Positions 53,267 to 58,927 of a DNA stretch of 58,927 nucleotides are shown here, in pieces. The notes beneath the pieces are model-generated. The model was not told the origin of the DNA, searched no databases, and saw nothing but the letters and a program-made list of their open reading frames with translations. The position numbers were made by a program, and so were the translations under genes. This DNA comes from an uncultured Actinomycetes bacterium. GTDB lineage: Bacteria; Actinomycetota; Acidimicrobiia; Spongiisociales; DATADW01. The stretch spans positions 62,001 through 120,927 of the forward strand of contig CAWGRK010000010.1 in assembly GCA_963824995.1 (NCBI GenBank), read 5' to 3'. Each line of letters starts with the position of its first letter. The first letter of the stretch is position 1.

Positions 53267-53334
53267 GGCACGGCAGGACCGAGATGACGTTCTCTCCCCC
53301 GGCGGGGGACGGAGCGACACTTCCGACTTCCGTT

Positions 53335-53364
53335 AAAGAAGAGGGGCCCCATAGGGGGCCCCTC
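53335..53364 (-). terminator. Intrinsic terminator after groEL
   Basis: GAGGGGCCCC-CTAT-GGGGCCCCTC followed by TTCTTT on the minus strand. Confidence 0.8.
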
Positions 53365-53386
53365 ATACGCTCTGACCTGATCTAGA

Positions 53387-55021
<1,635 letters not shown>

Positions 55022-55037
55022 TCAGGTTCCTCCCGGG

Positions 55038-55328
55038 TCAGTTGACGATGGCGAGGACGTCGCGCGACGACAGGACCAGATACTCCTCGCCGTCGAGCTT
55101 GAGCTCGGTACCGGCGAACTTGGAGTAAACGACCACATCGCCAACGCTCACATCCATGGGCAGCCGGTCACCATCGTCGTTGAGGCCACCAGGCCCCACG
55201 GCGAGTACCTCTCCCAGCTGCGGCTTCTCCTTGGCGGTATCGGGGATCACCAGACCCGATGGAGTACGCGACTCTGCGTCCTCCTTGGGCCTGACCACCA
55301 CCCTGTCACCAAGAGGCTGGAGCTTCAT
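55038..55328 (-). CDS. groES: Co-chaperonin GroES
   Basis: [31 protein letters not shown]. Confidence 0.98.
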   Translation of the reverse strand: MKLQPLGDRVVVRPKEDAESRTPSGLVIPDTAKEKPQLGEVLAVGPGGLNDDGDRLPMDVSVGDVVVYSKFAGTELKLDGEEYLVLSSRDVLAIVN

Positions 55329-55362
55329 GTCTCTCCTCCCTGTGGACGGGTTCAGGACGTGA

Positions 55363-55422
55363 CTAGCACTCGCGTCTGCGGAGTGCTAGGTCACTTTAGC
55401 AATGTCCCTCAGGGAGTGCTAG
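55363..55422. promoter_or_regulatory. Two tandem CIRCE elements (HrcA operators)
   Basis: CTAGCACTC-N9-GAGTGCTAG at 55363-55389 and TTAGCAATG-N9-GAGTGCTAG at 55396-55422. Confidence 0.92.
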
Positions 55423-55486
55423 TTGGGAGCGGACGGCGGACGGCGGACGCTTCTACCGGCTGTGGGGGCCCCGATGGCCGCACGAC

Positions 55487-56518
55487 TTACCCGCCCGGCG
55501 AACTGCCGCCGGATGGACCCAATTTCATCCCTGGGTCGACTTGGGCGTCCCAGTCGGTGTATTGGCCTGCCAGCAGATGACCGACCCCAACGACACCGAT
55601 CATGGCGGCGTTGTCGGTGCAGAGCAGAGGCGAAGGGAGGAGAAGGGTCACGCCACGGGCATCTGCCTCCTCGGCGAACCTCTGACGGAGGCGGCGGTTG
55701 GCGAGGACACCGCCGCCGCCCGAGACGGTTTGTGCCCCGGTGTCGTCTACCGCGTTGAAGGTCTTCGTCACCAGGACATCGACGATCGCCTCCTGCACCG
55801 AAGCCGCCATGTCGGGGAGCGATGGGAGGCCGCCCGCAGCCTCGGCCTTGCGGACGAAAGAGACCACCGATGTCTTGAGGCCGGAGAACGAGAGGTCGTA
55901 GCGGTGGCCGGCCAGGCCTCGGGGGAATGCGACGGCGGCGGGGTCGCCCCCGTCCGATGCGATATCGATCGCAGGGCCGCCCGGGTAGCCGAGTCCGAGA
56001 AAACGCGCCACCTTGTCGAAGGCCTCGCCGGCGGCGTCATCGATCGTGGCGCCGACCACCTCGTAGCGCCCCCAGTCGGCGAGGTGGACGATCTGACTGT
56101 GGCCACCCGACGCCAACAGCGCCACCGCAGGAGGGCCGAACTGCTCGTGCTCGAGCAGCGGCGCCATGAGGTGACCCTCCATGTGGTCCACACCGACAAA
56201 CGGAAGGCGCCCGGACCAGGCCATCGCCTTGGCGAACGAGAAACCCACGAGCAGAGAACCGACCAGCCCTGGCCCCTGCGTCGCCGCCATGCCGTCGAGA
56301 TCGACCGGGTGCACCCCGGCCTCGGCCAGCGCCCTGTGAGTGAGGGAGCGGATCGCCTCGACGTGGGCGCGGGCTGCCACCTCCGGGACCACCCCGCCGA
56401 AGCGCTCGTGAAGCTCCACTTGCGAGGAGAGCACGTTGGCGAGAATGCGCCGTCCCTGGACCACGGCCACAGCCGTCTCGTCGCAACTGGTCTCGAATGC
56501 GAGCACGATCGGTTCCAT
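55487..56518 (-). CDS. tsaD: tRNA t6A threonylcarbamoyltransferase
   Basis: [48 protein letters not shown]. Confidence 0.96.
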   Translation of the reverse strand: MEPIVLAFETSCDETAVAVVQGRRILANVLSSQVELHERFGGVVPEVAARAHVEAIRSLTHRALAEAGVHPVDLDGMAATQGPGLVGSLLVGFSFAKAMAWSGRLPFVGVDHMEGHLMAPLLEHEQFGPPAVALLASGGHSQIVHLADWGRYEVVGATIDDAAGEAFDKVARFLGLGYPGGPAIDIASDGGDPAAVAFPRGLAGHRYDLSFSGLKTSVVSFVRKAEAAGGLPSLPDMAASVQEAIVDVLVTKTFNAVDDTGAQTVSGGGGVLANRRLRQRFAEEADARGVTLLLPSPLLCTDNAAMIGVVGVGHLLAGQYTDWDAQVDPGMKLGPSGGSSPGG

Positions 56519-57018
56519 CACCCGAGCTCCCGGCGGATGCCCTCGAGCCTGGCGCGGTACTCCGGGCGGTCGATGTCGTGTGCCCACATGATGATGGCGT
56601 CCTCATCCCGGTAGTAGTGCTTGCGAACCCCCACCGGGCCCATACCGAATCGACGGTAGAGGTCCTGGGCGCGCCGGTTGGAGCTGCGGACCTCCAGGGT
56701 GAGGCTGCGGCCTCCGGAAGCGAGCCCGGCTTCCACCCCTGCCAGGACGAGACGGGTGCCGATACCACGGCCCGCTGACTCCGGGGCCACCGCCACGGTC
56801 GTGATGTGGGTGTCTTCCCCCACCGACATGATCCCGATGTACCCGGTCAGCCGGTCCGCTTCCTCGGCCACCAGGTACGTGCGCGATGGCTCGGCAAGCT
56901 CGTCACGGAAGATCCCCTCTGTCCAAGGGGTCGAGAAGGTGGCTTGTTCGATGGACATGACCTCGGGGAGGTCATGCTCTCTCATCGGGCGGATGGTGGT
57001 CACGGTGACTGCGGCCAC
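56518..57018 (-). CDS. rimI: Ribosomal protein N-acetyltransferase
   Basis: [37 protein letters not shown]. Confidence 0.9.
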   Translation of the reverse strand: MAAVTVTTIRPMREHDLPEVMSIEQATFSTPWTEGIFRDELAEPSRTYLVAEEADRLTGYIGIMSVGEDTHITTVAVAPESAGRGIGTRLVLAGVEAGLASGGRSLTLEVRSSNRRAQDLYRRFGMGPVGVRKHYYRDEDAIIMWAHDIDRPEYRARLEGIRRELG

Positions 57019-57713
57019 GGGCCCTCCTGTCGCAACACCGCCCAGTTGATCGCCACGTCGGGTTCGCGCAGATACAGCGGCCGAATCTCATCGGGTGGCA
57101 GGAAGTCCTCGCGCTGCGCTGCGGGCTCGACAAGTCCGAGGAGCACATCCGCCGACGGGTAGCGCGGCCGTCCCTTCTTCACCCGGTGGAGTCCCCGGAG
57201 AGCCTCTTCGGGGATCTGGGGGGTGTCGCCCACGACCAGCACGTCGTCGGGGTCCGACTCGAGCAGAGCCCGCAGCCCATCGGAGTCCAGCAACTCGGGC
57301 GGCCCATCGCGCACCACCCCGCCTGGAACCGGTCGGTAGGAGGCAACGGCGAACTGCCGGCGACGGACATCCACCACGGCCACGATGTGTCGCCGTCCGG
57401 TTACCGCCCCCAGAGCAAGGCCATCGAGGCTGCTCACCGCCACAAGTGGCACCCCGAGAGCGGCGCCGAGCCCCTGGGCGGTGGAGATCCCAACCCGGAT
57501 CCCCGTGTACAGCCCGGGTCCGACGTCGATCGCCACCACATCGAGGTCGTCGGGACCCCATCCCGCCTGGTCGAAGCAGAAGTCCATGGCGGCCACGATG
57601 AACCCAGCGTGACCGGTTCGATCGACACGCTCGGCAGAAGCCACCACCGCCCCGGAGTCACCCAGAGCGACCGATGAAGCCGGTGTCGAGGTTTCGATGA
57701 CCAGGATCTTCAT
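57000..57713 (-). CDS. tsaB: t6A biosynthesis protein TsaB
   Basis: ILVIETST, VGPGLYTGIRVG, VSSLD, PLYLREPD. Confidence 0.92.
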   Translation of the reverse strand: MKILVIETSTPASSVALGDSGAVVASAERVDRTGHAGFIVAAMDFCFDQAGWGPDDLDVVAIDVGPGLYTGIRVGISTAQGLGAALGVPLVAVSSLDGLALGAVTGRRHIVAVVDVRRRQFAVASYRPVPGGVVRDGPPELLDSDGLRALLESDPDDVLVVGDTPQIPEEALRGLHRVKKGRPRYPSADVLLGLVEPAAQREDFLPPDEIRPLYLREPDVAINWAVLRQEGPWPQSP

Positions 57714-58168
57714 GTGGCCACCTCCCACAGCGGCCTCGACGCCCACGAGCCCAGGGGGTGCATCCGGATGAGACGGTCCCCCTCTTCGACCACCAGCAAC
57801 TCGATCTTGAGATGGTCGCCGGAGATCATGCCGGCGACCGCATCGCCCCACTCGATCACGGTGACGCCGTCGATGCCTGTCTCGAGCAAATCGAGGTCGT
57901 CGAATTCACCGGTGCTCCCCAGTCGGTAGACGTCGGCGTGGGTGAGCGGTAGAAAGCCATCGTCGTAACGGCGGACAATGACGAAGGTCGGACTGGTGAC
58001 CGGCTCTTCTATCCCGAGGGCCTCGCCTATCCCGGCTATGAAGGTCGTCTTGCCGGCACCCAATTCCCCGCTGAGAAGGAGCACGTCGCCGGGTCGGAGC
58101 AGCCCGGCCAGCCTACGTCCCACGGCGCGGGTGTCTTCGCCGCTGTGCGAGGTGATCTCTACCGTCAC
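57710..58168 (-). CDS. tsaE: t6A biosynthesis ATPase TsaE
   Basis: GELGAGKT, VTSPTF, HADVYRL, IEWG. Confidence 0.93.
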   Translation of the reverse strand: MTVEITSHSGEDTRAVGRRLAGLLRPGDVLLLSGELGAGKTTFIAGIGEALGIEEPVTSPTFVIVRRYDDGFLPLTHADVYRLGSTGEFDDLDLLETGIDGVTVIEWGDAVAGMISGDHLKIELLVVEEGDRLIRMHPLGSWASRPLWEVAT

Positions 58169-58839
58169 CCGAACAGCCCCAACTGAACCGACTCCGCCAT
58201 CTCGGTCTCCGGCTCCGGATCCGGTTCTGGCATTGGCTCTGGGTCGAGAGCGGACATCTCGGCTTTCTGCAGCAGGCCGGCAACGAGTCCAAGGTCCTGT
58301 CGCATGGCGTCGAGGACACGGTCCCCGCCCCGCAACGCCGCCGAGGGGTGGAACGTCGGCACCAGCCAGCGATGCCACCACGGGTATGCCTGACCGCGCA
58401 GGCGAGTGATCCCGGTGTCGGTCTTCAGCAATAGCTTCGTGGCAAAGTTGCCGACGGTCACCACGACCAGCGGATCGACCAGCACCAACTGGCGGCGGAG
58501 ATAGGGCTTGCACGCCTCGATCTCGGCGGGGAGCGGATCCCGGTTTCCCGGAGGACGGCACTTGAGCGTGTTGGCTATGTAGACGTCGCGATCGCAGTCG
58601 AGCCCGATCTCGCCCAAGAGACTGTCGAGCAGTTTCCCGGCGGCGCCGACGAAGGGGAGTCCCTGCTGGTCCTCGTGATAACCCGGAGCCTCGCCCACCA
58701 CCATCACCGCCGCATCGGGGGATCCCCTGGAGAACACCGCCTGGGTCCTGGTCTGACAGAGGTCGCATGCGATGCACACCGCCGCCTGTTCGGCGAGTAG
58801 GCGCAACTCGGCAACCGCCACGGCGCGATCGGTGCTCAT
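58165..58839 (-). CDS. Family-4 (Fe-S) uracil-DNA glycosylase
   Basis: CIACDLC, GEAPG, PFVG, KCRPPGNRDP, C.PYL, TFHPSAALR. Confidence 0.93.
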   Translation of the reverse strand: MSTDRAVAVAELRLLAEQAAVCIACDLCQTRTQAVFSRGSPDAAVMVVGEAPGYHEDQQGLPFVGAAGKLLDSLLGEIGLDCDRDVYIANTLKCRPPGNRDPLPAEIEACKPYLRRQLVLVDPLVVVTVGNFATKLLLKTDTGITRLRGQAYPWWHRWLVPTFHPSAALRGGDRVLDAMRQDLGLVAGLLQKAEMSALDPEPMPEPDPEPETEMAESVQLGLFG

Positions 58840-58927
58840 AGGGCAGAAAAGGACACTGCCTCGCAGTGTATGGCCGCAGCGCCCAACTCCGGTTTCAGAG
58901 GCCCGATGACCTTCGGATTGCTGCTTC

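Noticed and set aside
58836..58875. Leaderless mini-ORF (VSFSAL) overlapping the udg start
   Set aside because: Could be chance, or a single-base error hiding an N-terminal extension; no regulatory codon pattern.

Overview
High-GC chromosomal segment from an actinobacterium, probably Acidimicrobiia-like (inferred from GuaB3, F420/LLM oxidoreductases, MDMPI proteins, a His-tailed GroEL and tandem CIRCE boxes). 1-22 kb is mostly housekeeping: icd (partial), folD, purH, purN, lemA/DUF2207, sucCD with a coupled B12-binding subunit, tal, pcrA, guaA, guaB3 and trpS. 22-32 kb is a ROK-regulated amino-sugar uptake and catabolism operon. 32-37 kb holds cimA, an aromatic amino-acid decarboxylase, a Nudix hydrolase and a GNAT. 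37-49 kb is an accessory general-stress-type cluster: topoisomerase IB, DUF421, a UdgX-like remnant, a CBS protein, a SpoIIE phosphatase, an FAD/Rieske oxidoreductase, a TreS-like enzyme and two LLM oxidoreductases. 49-59 kb has an acyl-CoA ligase, a thiolase, groESL, tsaD-rimI-tsaB-tsaE and udg. Many genes in the first ~32 kb carry single-base frameshifts, most likely uncorrected long-read errors, so some boundaries there are approximate. The most notable signals are below the ORF track's size limit or non-coding: a Trp-Trp-Trp leader peptide with terminator before trpS, a Thr-Thr-Ile-Ile-Ile leader with terminator before cimA, five SigF/SigB-like promoters with identical 16-bp spacing in the 37-49 kb cluster, a palindromic ROK operator, and dispersed REP-like and heptamer repeats. 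I found no rRNA, tRNA, CRISPR array, transposase or integrase, and no clearly new multi-gene system; the candidates below are regulatory or contextual.
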